From an uncultured Gammaproteobacteria bacterium (lineage in GTDB: Bacteria > Patescibacteriota > Patescibacteriia > Buchananbacterales > UBA6539): a stretch of 64,000 nucleotides of DNA. Shown one piece after another: positions 39,168 to 48,252 of the stretch. Positions within the stretch are counted from its first letter, which is position 1; every line of letters begins with the position of its first letter. The DNA is taken from positions 20,963 to 84,962 of the forward strand of contig CAZINP010000002.1 of assembly GCA_964540635.1 (NCBI GenBank), read 5' to 3'. The translations under genes were made by a program, and so were the position numbers. The notes under the pieces are model-generated. The model was given only the letters and a program-made list of their open reading frames with translations. It did not search any database and was not told the DNA's origin.

Positions 39168-39989
39168 ATGTCAAAGCAATTAAAATATAAAAAAGTTGGT
39201 TTGGCTTTAGGAAGCGGTGGAGTTAAGGGCTTAGCACACATCGGTGTAATCAAAGCTTTGATAGAAAACGAAATCCCTATTGATTATTTGGCCGGAACAA
39301 GTATTGGCGCTTTAGTTGGCGCCCATTACGCTGCCTATCAAGATGTCCACTCTACAGAAAAAATTGTAAGCGATACCAGCTGGAGGAATGCTTTTGTTTT
39401 TATGGATCCGAGCTTGCGTGGTGGAATTATCAGAGGCAACCGAGCCGAAGCTTGGATTAAACAATTTTTGAACAATCACTCGTTTGAAACCTTAAAAATT
39501 CCCCTTACGGTTGTAGCCACCGACTTATTGAGCGGTCAAGAAGTTGATTTTTCTTCCGGCAATTTAATTAATGCTTTACGGGCAAGTATTTCCGTGCCAC
39601 CAATTTTTCAACCGGTGAAATTTCAAGGCTATATTCTTTGCGATGGCGGTTTAACAAATCCACTACCTGATGATATTGTCTCAAATATGGGCGCCGAAGT
39701 TGTCATAACGGTAAACCTGGATTCTGGAAAATTTATTGATCACAAAAAAGATTTTGACGCTTCATCAATGACAAAAGTAACAATAAGATCATTAAACATA
39801 TTGCGCCATCAACTCGCAAAAAAAACCTTAACTTCAACCAATATCATGATTGAACCGGATGTGGTAGAAATTGGCTTAATCGGTTGGAATCAGTTTTTCG
39901 ATAGCCGCCAGGCTAAAAAAATGATTGATGCCGGATACGAAGCAACAATTCCAAATATTAAACAAATTAAAAAATTAATAGAAAAATAA
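39168..39989 (+). CDS. Patatin-like phospholipase
   Basis: GSGGVKG, GTSIG, DGG motifs. Confidence 0.92.
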   Translation: MSKQLKYKKVGLALGSGGVKGLAHIGVIKALIENEIPIDYLAGTSIGALVGAHYAAYQDVHSTEKIVSDTSWRNAFVFMDPSLRGGIIRGNRAEAWIKQFLNNHSFETLKIPLTVVATDLLSGQEVDFSSGNLINALRASISVPPIFQPVKFQGYILCDGGLTNPLPDDIVSNMGAEVVITVNLDSGKFIDHKKDFDASSMTKVTIRSLNILRHQLAKKTLTSTNIMIEPDVVEIGLIGWNQFFDSRQAKKMIDAGYEATIPNIKQIKKLIEK

Positions 39990-40583
39990 ATGAAAAGAAC
40001 TTTACAATTTTTTTTGGTCGCTGCTCTTCTACTGACCGGTTGCACCAAAAATCCATCTACACAAAATGAAAACCTTGCAAATGTTCAGTCTCAGGAGGTT
40101 ACATCATATAAAACCGCAACGATTTATACGAATCTTGGAAAACTTCAAATAGAACTTTTTTCCAATGAAGCACCGAAGACAATAAATAATTTTGGTGATT
40201 TGGTAAAATCCGGTTTTTACGATGGAACAAAAATACATTATATTTCCAAAGATAAAATGGCTTTGGCTGGTGATCCAAATACTAGGGAGTCAAATAGATC
40301 AATGTGGGGATTTGGTACGCCTGGCTATAATATTCAAAATGAAATCAACAACAAGGAATTAGTTTATGGTTCGATTGCTACGGTACCCGTTGGCAATCAA
40401 GCACATGGCAGCCAATTTATGCTCGTTTTGACTGATAATCTTAGTGAATATAAAGGCAAAGTAACCAACTTTGGCAAAGTTATTTCCGGCCTTGATATTA
40501 TAGAAAAAATAAACGAAACCAGTACCGATTCGCAATCAAAGCCGCAGGAAGATATTATTATCCAAAGCGTAGAAATAAAATAG
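39990..40583 (+). CDS. Cyclophilin-fold lipoprotein (active site degenerate)
   Basis: Lipobox LLTGC; APKT..NF, FYDG, GDP, GSQF, FGKVISG. Confidence 0.8.
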   Translation: MKRTLQFFLVAALLLTGCTKNPSTQNENLANVQSQEVTSYKTATIYTNLGKLQIELFSNEAPKTINNFGDLVKSGFYDGTKIHYISKDKMALAGDPNTRESNRSMWGFGTPGYNIQNEINNKELVYGSIATVPVGNQAHGSQFMLVLTDNLSEYKGKVTNFGKVISGLDIIEKINETSTDSQSKPQEDIIIQSVEIK

Positions 40584-40690
40584 CTTTAAATTAAAAAACA
40601 TTGCTTTGGCAATGTTTTTTAATTTATGTTATAATATATTATATTGAATTGTATTTTTCAAATGAGGTTTGATTAAAATTTTAGAAATTT

Positions 40691-41341
40691 ATGTCAAAGT
40701 TAATTATCAAGGATTTGATTTTAAATGATGGCGAAAATATTGTTAAAGTTGTTCGGCAATCAAAATTAATACTCTTTTCAACCTTGATACTTCCAACCTT
40801 ATTAATTTTGGCACCATTTTTTTTCTTGTTTTTATTATTTAGTTATGGTCAGTGGGGGGTGTATGCCTTCATTTTATCGCTTATTGTTGGCATCTTGTTG
40901 TTTTTGCGTGAGTTGATGATTTGGCGTTTTAAATTATTTATTATTACCACTCAGAGAATTATCGATATTGATCAAAAAGGATTATTCAAAAGAACGGTTT
41001 CAAATGTTTTATTTACGAAAATTGATGATATTTTTTACAAAATCAGCGGTTTGCCGCAAGTCATATTTCGTTGCGGAAATATATATATTACTTTGAGCGA
41101 TAATAAATCGGGCCTTGAATTAAAAAATATTCCGTCTCCACAGAGAATACAGCAACTGATTCTGCAGCTCAAATCAGATACAATCGGCGATAAGATAAAT
41201 GCTACAAATCTTTCTGCCAACGAGTTAATTGAGCTTATAAAAAAAATAAAGGCGGGAATTGGTGAAAAAAAATTATATGAAATCATCAATAAAACTGACA
41301 GCGTAGAAGATAATGACAAGGAAGATGTTGAAACTGTCTAA
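40691..41341 (+). CDS. Membrane-flanked bacterial PH-domain protein
   Basis: Two TMs then IITTQRIIDI.Q.GLF.R.V.....KI.D. Confidence 0.75.
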   Translation: MSKLIIKDLILNDGENIVKVVRQSKLILFSTLILPTLLILAPFFFLFLLFSYGQWGVYAFILSLIVGILLFLRELMIWRFKLFIITTQRIIDIDQKGLFKRTVSNVLFTKIDDIFYKISGLPQVIFRCGNIYITLSDNKSGLELKNIPSPQRIQQLILQLKSDTIGDKINATNLSANELIELIKKIKAGIGEKKLYEIINKTDSVEDNDKEDVETV

Positions 41342-41368
41342 GCGTTGGCAAACAAAAAAACAAAAAGT

Positions 41369-41749
41369 ATGAAATATTTAAAAAACAAAAACTTAAAACA
41401 AAAGGCGATAATCCTTGTTTTGATATTTGTTTTATGTTTTGTTTTTTTTAATTTTTTGAGGGCCTGGCTTAAAGGAAATCAAGTTAATAAAGAAATAGAC
41501 GGGCTTGAGCAAGAAATTTCTGGCTTGCAAAAAGATACGGCTGAGTTAACCGAACTGATTCAATATTTTAATTCCAGCGCTTATGTGGAAGAAAAAGCCA
41601 GGGTTGATTTGGGTTTAAAAAAAGAAGGTGAAAAGGTGGTTTTAGTGACCGATGATTTAAAGAAAAATTTGCTGGAAAACGACAGCGCCAATAATGCCGA
41701 AGAATCCCAGTCTAATTTTAAAAAATGGTGGGGTTATTTTTTTAAATAG
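41369..41749 (+). CDS. Septum formation initiator (FtsB/DivIC family)
   Basis: TM, coiled coil, YVEEKARVDLGLKKEGEKV. Confidence 0.82.
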   Translation: MKYLKNKNLKQKAIILVLIFVLCFVFFNFLRAWLKGNQVNKEIDGLEQEISGLQKDTAELTELIQYFNSSAYVEEKARVDLGLKKEGEKVVLVTDDLKKNLLENDSANNAEESQSNFKKWWGYFFK

Positions 41750-41751
41750 AT

Positions 41752-42843
41752 ATGGAAAACGAACAAAAAATTGATGAGAATGAAATCAGCAAGATGCGAG
41801 AGGCTGTTTTGAAATCAATTACCCCCAAAAAAATTATAAAACAAGATGAGAAAAAAAATAGTCAACAATTGACGATTAAAAATGAGCAGAAAAATGTAAA
41901 AGTTGCTGAAAAAATTTCAAAAAAAGCCTTAAGAATTAATAAATCGAAATTTTTAAAAATATTTTTTATAGTTATAATTTTTATATTGTTGAGCCTTTCT
42001 TTTACCCAGGCCTATTTAACAATATTTAAACCCCAAAATTTTCTTATAGAAAAAATCACAAGAATCATCCCTTTTCCGGCCGCTTTTGTTAATGCGAGAG
42101 TAATAACTTATCATGAATGGCTTTCTCAAGTAATTGCTTTAGATCAATTTTATCAAAGCATTGATGTTGATGCGACAAATTCAACCTTATTGCCAATTGA
42201 ACAGTCCGAATCAAGAATAATGGAGAGATTGATTGAAGAAGAGATGCTCAGACAATTTGCAAATCAATTTTCTGTTACTGTCTCCGAAGAAGAGGTTGAT
42301 CAAGAAATGTCCAGATTGTTTGATCTTTTTGGAAAAGAAAATTTTTTAAATCAGATAAATGAGAAATACAAATGGGATTCACGGGAATTTGAAAAATTTA
42401 TTCTTAAACCCACGCTATTAAAGAATAAATTAAGTATTTATCTTTTAAATCATCCCGGGAATCAACAAGCAAAACTATTGGCCCAGAATCTTTTGAATAA
42501 GCTTGAGAATAAGGAGGATACGTTTGAGAACATTGCCCAAAGTTACAGTCAGGACGAGAGCGCTAAAGATGGGGGTCAAATCGGATATTTTGAGCTTAAA
42601 GACATGAATCCTGAGATTAAGAATGAAATCAGTCAACTCAAAGTTGGGGAAATATCAAAAATAATTAATACAAAATTTGGTTTTCACATTTTGCGTATTG
42701 ATGAAATTTTACTCGATGATGATGGTCAACCGGCAAAAGTTAAAATCTCACAAATTCTAATTAAGGCAGCTGATTTAAACGAGTATATGGATGATTTTAA
42801 AAAAAATTCTTCAATTTGGATTTTGATTAAATTTGACAATTAA
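41752..42843 (+). CDS. SurA/PrsA-like foldase (parvulin PPIase)
   Basis: TM anchor, SurA-N-like region, FENIAQSYSQD.SAKDGGQIG, FGFHIL. Confidence 0.85.
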   Translation: MENEQKIDENEISKMREAVLKSITPKKIIKQDEKKNSQQLTIKNEQKNVKVAEKISKKALRINKSKFLKIFFIVIIFILLSLSFTQAYLTIFKPQNFLIEKITRIIPFPAAFVNARVITYHEWLSQVIALDQFYQSIDVDATNSTLLPIEQSESRIMERLIEEEMLRQFANQFSVTVSEEEVDQEMSRLFDLFGKENFLNQINEKYKWDSREFEKFILKPTLLKNKLSIYLLNHPGNQQAKLLAQNLLNKLENKEDTFENIAQSYSQDESAKDGGQIGYFELKDMNPEIKNEISQLKVGEISKIINTKFGFHILRIDEILLDDDGQPAKVKISQILIKAADLNEYMDDFKKNSSIWILIKFDN

Positions 42844-42847
42844 AAAA

Positions 42848-42920
42848 AGCCAACGGTCGGAATCGAACCGACGACCACTCGCTTACGAAGCGATTGCTCT
42901 ACCGACTGAGCTACGTTGGC
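42848..42920 (-). tRNA. tRNA-Thr (CGU)
   Basis: Reverse complement GCCAACGTAGCTCAG..TTCGTAA..GGTTCGATTCC..CGTTGGCT; CCA not encoded. Confidence 0.95.
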
Positions 42921-42932
42921 ACACTAGTTCAA

Positions 42933-43004
42933 AGCGGGTGACCGGATTCGAACCGGCGATCTTCTGCTTGGGAAGCAGACATTCTACCACTGAACTACAC
43001 CCGC
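42933..43004 (-). tRNA. tRNA-Gly (CCC)
   Basis: Reverse complement GCGGGTGTAGTTCAG..TTCCCAA..GGTTCGAATCC..CACCCGCT; CCA not encoded. Confidence 0.95.
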
Positions 43005-43056
43005 AAAACTAACATAAGCATTATAAAGGAAAAAAATAAATAAGAAAAGACCGCAT

Positions 43057-43737
43057 ATGATAATTTTAAAAAACGTTTCTAAAATTTACCCCCCGGACAT
43101 TGCCGCCATTAAATCTCTCAATTTACATATCAAGCCGAAAGAATTTGTGGTTGTAGTTGGGCGTAGTGGGACGGGAAAAACGACAATGGTTAAGTTGTTA
43201 ACGGCTGAAGAAAGACCGACAAGAGGAAATATCATTATTGGCGGCTGGGATATTACAAATATCTCTTCTTCTGAAATTCCGCTGCTAAGAAGGCAGATTG
43301 GTGTGGTTTTTCAAGACTTTAAACTCTTAAGTAAAAAAACTATTTTTGAAAATATTGCATTTGCTCTCGAGGTTTGCGGGGCGGATAGAAAAAAAATAAA
43401 AGAAATTGTTCCGCAGGTAATAAAAATAGTCGGCCTAACAGGCAAAGAAGACAGGTATCCAAAGCAGCTATCGGGTGGAGAACAACAGAGAGTGGCTGTT
43501 GCCAGAGCGCTGGTTCATAGGCCAAAAATTTTAATCGCCGATGAGCCGACCGGCAATCTTGACTCTTTTAATACCAAAGAAATAATTGATCTTTTATTGA
43601 AAATCAATGAATTTGGAACCACGGTTGTTTTGGTGACTCACAACAAGGATGTAGTTAACTCATTAAATAAACGCGTAATTACTATCGATGGCGGCACGGT
43701 TGTGTCTGACCAAAAGGTAGGGAAGTACTTACTTTAA
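43057..43737 (+). CDS. ftsE: Cell division ATP-binding protein FtsE
   Basis: GRSGTGKT, RRQIGVVFQDFKLL, LSGGEQQR, ADEPTGNLD; followed by ftsX. Confidence 0.93.
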   Translation: MIILKNVSKIYPPDIAAIKSLNLHIKPKEFVVVVGRSGTGKTTMVKLLTAEERPTRGNIIIGGWDITNISSSEIPLLRRQIGVVFQDFKLLSKKTIFENIAFALEVCGADRKKIKEIVPQVIKIVGLTGKEDRYPKQLSGGEQQRVAVARALVHRPKILIADEPTGNLDSFNTKEIIDLLLKINEFGTTVVLVTHNKDVVNSLNKRVITIDGGTVVSDQKVGKYLL

Positions 43738-43739
43738 AT

Positions 43740-44657
43740 ATGTTTTTAATTTCTCTTTATCGCATTTTTGTTTTTGCCAGCCAAAGTTTTTGGCGAAACT
43801 TTTGGCTCTCATTAGTCACCATTACAATAATTGTTTTAACCTTTGCGTCAATCAATTTTATTATCGTTTTGAATATTATCACTCAAGCCTCAATGGAAAT
43901 AGTGAAAGATAAAATTGATGTAAGTATATATTTTAAGACCGATGTAACGGAACCACAAGTAATGGAGGTAAAAAGCTATTTAAGTACTCTGGCGCAAGTA
44001 AAAGATATTACTTACATTTCCCAAGCTGAAGCTTTGGAAAGTTTTAAAGAGAAACATGAAAACGATAAAACAATTATTGAATCAATAGACGAATTAGATG
44101 TAAATCCGATCGGTGCCACTCTTAATGTGCGCGCCAAGGATATTGAAGATTATCCTTTAATTGTTGAGGTTTTATCAAATTCAAAATATGATGCCTTAAT
44201 CGCTGACAAGAACTTTGATGATCACAAATTTTTTATAAACAAAATAAAAGTAATTGCTGATAATATCAAGCAGTTCGGTCTAATGGCTTCGCTGGTTTTA
44301 AGTCTCATCGCACTCCTAATTGTTTTTAACACGATTAGGGTTGCAATTTATACTCATCGACAAGAAATAGCGATTATGAAGTTGGTTGGCGCGACAAATT
44401 GGTTTATTCGCGGGCCATTCTTACTTGAAGCCGTATTCTATGGAATTATCGCCTGCGTTGTTTCAATTATTATCGCTTATCCGTTTTTGAACATGATACA
44501 GCCATATTTGAACACTTTCTTTTTAACAGAAAATTTTAATATCTCAAGCTATTTTAATGATAATTTCTGGCAAATATTCGGATTTGAACTCATAATTGTT
44601 GTAATCTTAAATATCCTAAGCAGTTATGTGGCCATTAGGCGATACCTTAAGGTCTGA
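43740..44657 (+). CDS. ftsX: Cell division permease FtsX
   Basis: 4-TM layout, NTIR..I..R.EI.IMKLVGA..WFIRGPF..E. Confidence 0.93.
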   Translation: MFLISLYRIFVFASQSFWRNFWLSLVTITIIVLTFASINFIIVLNIITQASMEIVKDKIDVSIYFKTDVTEPQVMEVKSYLSTLAQVKDITYISQAEALESFKEKHENDKTIIESIDELDVNPIGATLNVRAKDIEDYPLIVEVLSNSKYDALIADKNFDDHKFFINKIKVIADNIKQFGLMASLVLSLIALLIVFNTIRVAIYTHRQEIAIMKLVGATNWFIRGPFLLEAVFYGIIACVVSIIIAYPFLNMIQPYLNTFFLTENFNISSYFNDNFWQIFGFELIIVVILNILSSYVAIRRYLKV

Positions 44658-44714
44658 TTCTGTTTGACATTAAGCCAAAATTGTTTTATTTTTAATTATC
44701 ATCGTTTGTAATTC

Positions 44715-44785
44715 TCGGGGATCGTCTAAGGGCAGGACAGCGGCCTTTGAAGCCGTTAATCGGGGTTCGAATCCCTGTCCCCGAG
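44715..44785 (+). tRNA. tRNA-Gln (UUG)
   Basis: TCGGGGA/TCCCCGA acceptor stem, loop CTTTGAA, GGTTCGAATCC; CCA not encoded; TTGACA-N17-TATTTT upstream. Confidence 0.92.
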
Positions 44786-44998
44786 AATTGCAAATGATGG
44801 AAAAAGTGGGCTTTGCGCCTATTTTTTTATTGTAATTTATTATAGTTATTCCTTATTCAATTTTTGACTAAACGACCAAAATTCAATATAATTATTTTAT
44901 TGATAATTATTTATTTAACACAAAATGTTATCGGAAAACAGACGGTTTTATGCCATACCAGATGAATCGAGGATACCGCCAGAAAAAAAGATACAGTA

Positions 44999-46306
44999 AT
45001 GTCAGAAGTTGGCAGGCTCGAAACCACTTTATCTTCTTTATTTCCAATGCCTTGTAAATACGGGGTTTGCAAGATCGGAGAATACTCGGGTTTAACGGTA
45101 CTTGATCTTCTAATTGATACCGATGAAACTAGAATTGGCCTAGCGCCAGAAGGGGAGGCTAGAAAAATGCTTGAAAACCAAGCTGATTTAGCCGTAAAAC
45201 ATGAGCAGCCAATAGTTTTAGTTGGTATTTACGGAACACCTAGGCACATTGATCATCCGGACTTAAATTCACCCCAGCTGGCGGATATGTCAGCGGTAAT
45301 GATGGTTCAGGCCGCTCTTGATCGTGTGCATTCGGCACATATTTCCGGCTCTCAATATCGCATGATTGACGAAAATCTTACCGCCCTTTGGCTTGATAGG
45401 GCTCAGCATCCTGAAGGAGATAAGGGTGTGACAAAATATAAATCCGTATATGAACAGTACTATAAAAATAGACTAAATCTACTTAAGACTTTACAGGCCG
45501 AAGGTTTAATTAATACTGGGGCCACAAAAATTGAGCTGCTTTCTGAATCTGAATTATATGAATCAGTTTACAAGAAGGCGGGTGTAACCGATAAAGTTCC
45601 AGAAGATGATTTCTTTGAAAAATGTGAGAGATATCGTCAAGAGATGCTTTCCTATTTAACCGCCAGTGGTGATATAATTAGAAAATATTACGGCCAAGAG
45701 GACCAATATTGGAATTCATCAATTGACGACGAGCAACTTTGGGATAAATGCAAAAAAGAAATTATTAATAGTCCGGAATATTCAGGGATTGCAAGTACGG
45801 GGTGGCAAGGTTTAATCCCGCCGGAAATGAGGAAATATTACCTAGAAAAATTTAGAAAAATTTTAGGCAACGCAAACTTGGCAGCAAATGATGAAATGTT
45901 ATTATTCCATGTGGCCACGTATTTATCTTCAACTTTAGCTAAGCATAATGCAAAAGTTCTTACAGAAGGGTTAAATGCCGGCGCACCTGTTATTAGAGTT
46001 CCACTCGCAAAACCCGTTGATGGTAGGCCACCAACTCATCAATCTTTAATACCCCAAAGAACGCTGCCGAAATTAAAAGGTAAAACAAGTAAAAAAGTAA
46101 GCAATTCAAATAGGGCGGCCTGGTTAAGTGTTGCGGTTCAAGGCGATTCAAAACTCAGATTAATTGACACAAAAAACTATTTAGATACACCGCCGGAATT
46201 AATAGTGCCAATTCAGATATATACTGTTGGCCCAGATAATTCACCGAAATCTTATTTGGTGGATTCTGCCATTATGCTTTCCGGCGCTAAAAAAAAGATA
46301 AATTAA
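44999..46306 (+). CDS. Hypothetical protein, possible remote PvcA/DIT1 (isonitrile synthase-like) fold
   Basis: EQPIVLVGIYG..P.LAD....DRV...H..G....MIDE resembles PvcA N-terminal pattern from memory; no search run. Confidence 0.4.
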   Translation: MSEVGRLETTLSSLFPMPCKYGVCKIGEYSGLTVLDLLIDTDETRIGLAPEGEARKMLENQADLAVKHEQPIVLVGIYGTPRHIDHPDLNSPQLADMSAVMMVQAALDRVHSAHISGSQYRMIDENLTALWLDRAQHPEGDKGVTKYKSVYEQYYKNRLNLLKTLQAEGLINTGATKIELLSESELYESVYKKAGVTDKVPEDDFFEKCERYRQEMLSYLTASGDIIRKYYGQEDQYWNSSIDDEQLWDKCKKEIINSPEYSGIASTGWQGLIPPEMRKYYLEKFRKILGNANLAANDEMLLFHVATYLSSTLAKHNAKVLTEGLNAGAPVIRVPLAKPVDGRPPTHQSLIPQRTLPKLKGKTSKKVSNSNRAAWLSVAVQGDSKLRLIDTKNYLDTPPELIVPIQIYTVGPDNSPKSYLVDSAIMLSGAKKKIN

Positions 46307-46316
46307 TAATATATTT

Positions 46317-47039
46317 ATGGAAATCATCACATTCTTTTGGCATTACTATTTGTATGTTCCGCTTTTTAATTTTCTTGTTTGGCTTTATTTAAATTTTTCC
46401 AATTACAATTTTGGCGTTACCATCATAATTTTAACCGTCCTTCTAAGAATTATCCTTCTGCCTTTTTCAATTCTTACGGAAAAGGGTAAATTTACCGCCG
46501 AGGAATTAAGAAAAGAAGTAATGCAAATAAATCGTGATTTTGCCGGCGATCCGGTCAGAAAAAAAATTGCCATACGCCAGGCAATGAAAAAGAAAAAAAT
46601 AAGACCATGGGCAAAAACCATTGCTTTGGCCGCCCAAGGCTTGGTTCTTTTTCTTTTATATCAAGTTTTTATCGGTGGAATTAACACCCAAGAAAAACTT
46701 CATCAAATTTACCCCTTTATCCAAGCGCCGGACTTTATTAATACTTCATTTCTTTGGATGAACTTGGCAATAAGGGATTTTTTCATATCTTTTCTGGTTG
46801 GTATTTATCTTTTTGCCGGAATTGTTTTTGAGAGAAGAATTCATAACTACAAACCAAGCAGAAAAGAACAAATTTTTTCATTATTTTTCCCGATCTTTTG
46901 TTTTGTTCTTTTATATTATTTGCCTTCAGCCAAGTCACTTTTTGTTTTGACATCAATGATTTTTTCTTCTATAATTACCTTGATTTCATTTTTAATCAAA
47001 TTTAGTATTAAAAAAGCGGCATTAGCGTCGCAAGACTAA
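46317..47039 (+). CDS. yidC: Short YidC/Oxa1 membrane insertase
   Basis: Y.PLFN.L, G.TIIILTV.LR.ILLP, coiled coil, FLWMNL, LPSA..L; lacks a periplasmic domain. Confidence 0.75.
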   Translation: MEIITFFWHYYLYVPLFNFLVWLYLNFSNYNFGVTIIILTVLLRIILLPFSILTEKGKFTAEELRKEVMQINRDFAGDPVRKKIAIRQAMKKKKIRPWAKTIALAAQGLVLFLLYQVFIGGINTQEKLHQIYPFIQAPDFINTSFLWMNLAIRDFFISFLVGIYLFAGIVFERRIHNYKPSRKEQIFSLFFPIFCFVLLYYLPSAKSLFVLTSMIFSSIITLISFLIKFSIKKAALASQD

Positions 47040-47043
47040 AAAT

Positions 47044-47604
47044 ATGGCAGAAGACGGTCTAGATAAATTAATGTATTCATTCGTCGTCGAAGACGTTTTG
47101 AAGGGTTTTTTTATTCACGTCCCACCCGGATATGTTGCCTGTGTTTATGATTTGGGTCGAGGCGTATTAAAAAAGATTTACAAACCAGGGCTGCATTTGA
47201 AAATTCCTTTTTGGCAAAGAGCCACGTTATTTAACACCCAAACACTGGAATATGATATCGGGAAAAGATACAACCAAGATAGACCGGAATTGCTTGGCGA
47301 TTCTCCTATCACGGCCACAAGTGCTGATGGCAAAAAAATCAGTATTGAGGGCACTATTTTAATGAGACTTGATCAAGAACAAATTCCTGAAATTTGGCAA
47401 AGTATCGGTCAGAATTTTGTTGAAAAAATTATTCGTCCTACCATCCAAAGCCGAATGAGAATGATTGCCGCAAAATATACTTTAAATGAAATGGGGACCA
47501 GCAAACGCGCGGAAGTAGAAATTGATGCCAGACAAGAACTTGAAAGGATCTTGTACCCAAGAGGTATTTTTGTTGAAAACGTTTTGCTGAAAGAAATATA
47601 CTAA
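47044..47604 (+). CDS. SPFH/band 7 (prohibitin-like) domain protein, short
   Basis: VPPGY, PGLHLKIPF, S.DG..I.I, IIRPTI.S..R, GI.VENVLL. Confidence 0.8.
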   Translation: MAEDGLDKLMYSFVVEDVLKGFFIHVPPGYVACVYDLGRGVLKKIYKPGLHLKIPFWQRATLFNTQTLEYDIGKRYNQDRPELLGDSPITATSADGKKISIEGTILMRLDQEQIPEIWQSIGQNFVEKIIRPTIQSRMRMIAAKYTLNEMGTSKRAEVEIDARQELERILYPRGIFVENVLLKEIY

Positions 47605-47649
47605 ATCCGATTTAAAACAGCCCCGCAAGGGGCTGTTTATAATAATTTT

Positions 47650-48087
47650 ATGAAGATTATAAGTCCTGCCTTCAAAGATGGCGATATGATGCCGAAACAA
47701 TATACTTGTGACGGCATAGACATAAATCCGCCCCTTGAATTTATGGATGTGCCAATCCAATCACAAAGTCTTCTTCTGACAGTTATTGACCAGGAGGCTG
47801 TTGGGGGAGAGTGGGTTCACTGGTTAATCTGGAATATCGCTCCGACAATAAAAAAAATAGACGAGGGATCGGCCCCAATAGAATCCGTGTTAGGTCTAAA
47901 CAGTTTTAAAAGAGTAGAATGGGGCGGACCATGCCCACCAAGCGGTAAACATGACTATGTTTTTACTCTTTATGCCCTTGACTCAATGCTGGATTTGCCA
48001 ATTGATACCACCATCTTTAAAATTATGCAGATAATCAAAGACCATATTGTTGACAGGGCAGCAATAACCGCCCATTACGAACGTTAA
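47650..48087 (+). CDS. YbhB/YbcL PEBP-family protein
   Basis: SPAF, YTCDG, WVHW, GPCPPSG.H.Y.F.LYALD. Confidence 0.9.
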   Translation: MKIISPAFKDGDMMPKQYTCDGIDINPPLEFMDVPIQSQSLLLTVIDQEAVGGEWVHWLIWNIAPTIKKIDEGSAPIESVLGLNSFKRVEWGGPCPPSGKHDYVFTLYALDSMLDLPIDTTIFKIMQIIKDHIVDRAAITAHYER

Positions 48088-48252
48088 AATTTTCCACAGT
48101 CAATTTAATAAAAATTGAAAAACTCTTTCCTAAAAACCTGTCAAGACCCAGAAACAAAGAGGATTATAAAATTGTTAATAAACTGTTTCTAAAATAAGCA
48201 TTTTAGGTCTTGCTAATTTTATTCGTATCTGATAAGATATTTTTATCATTTT

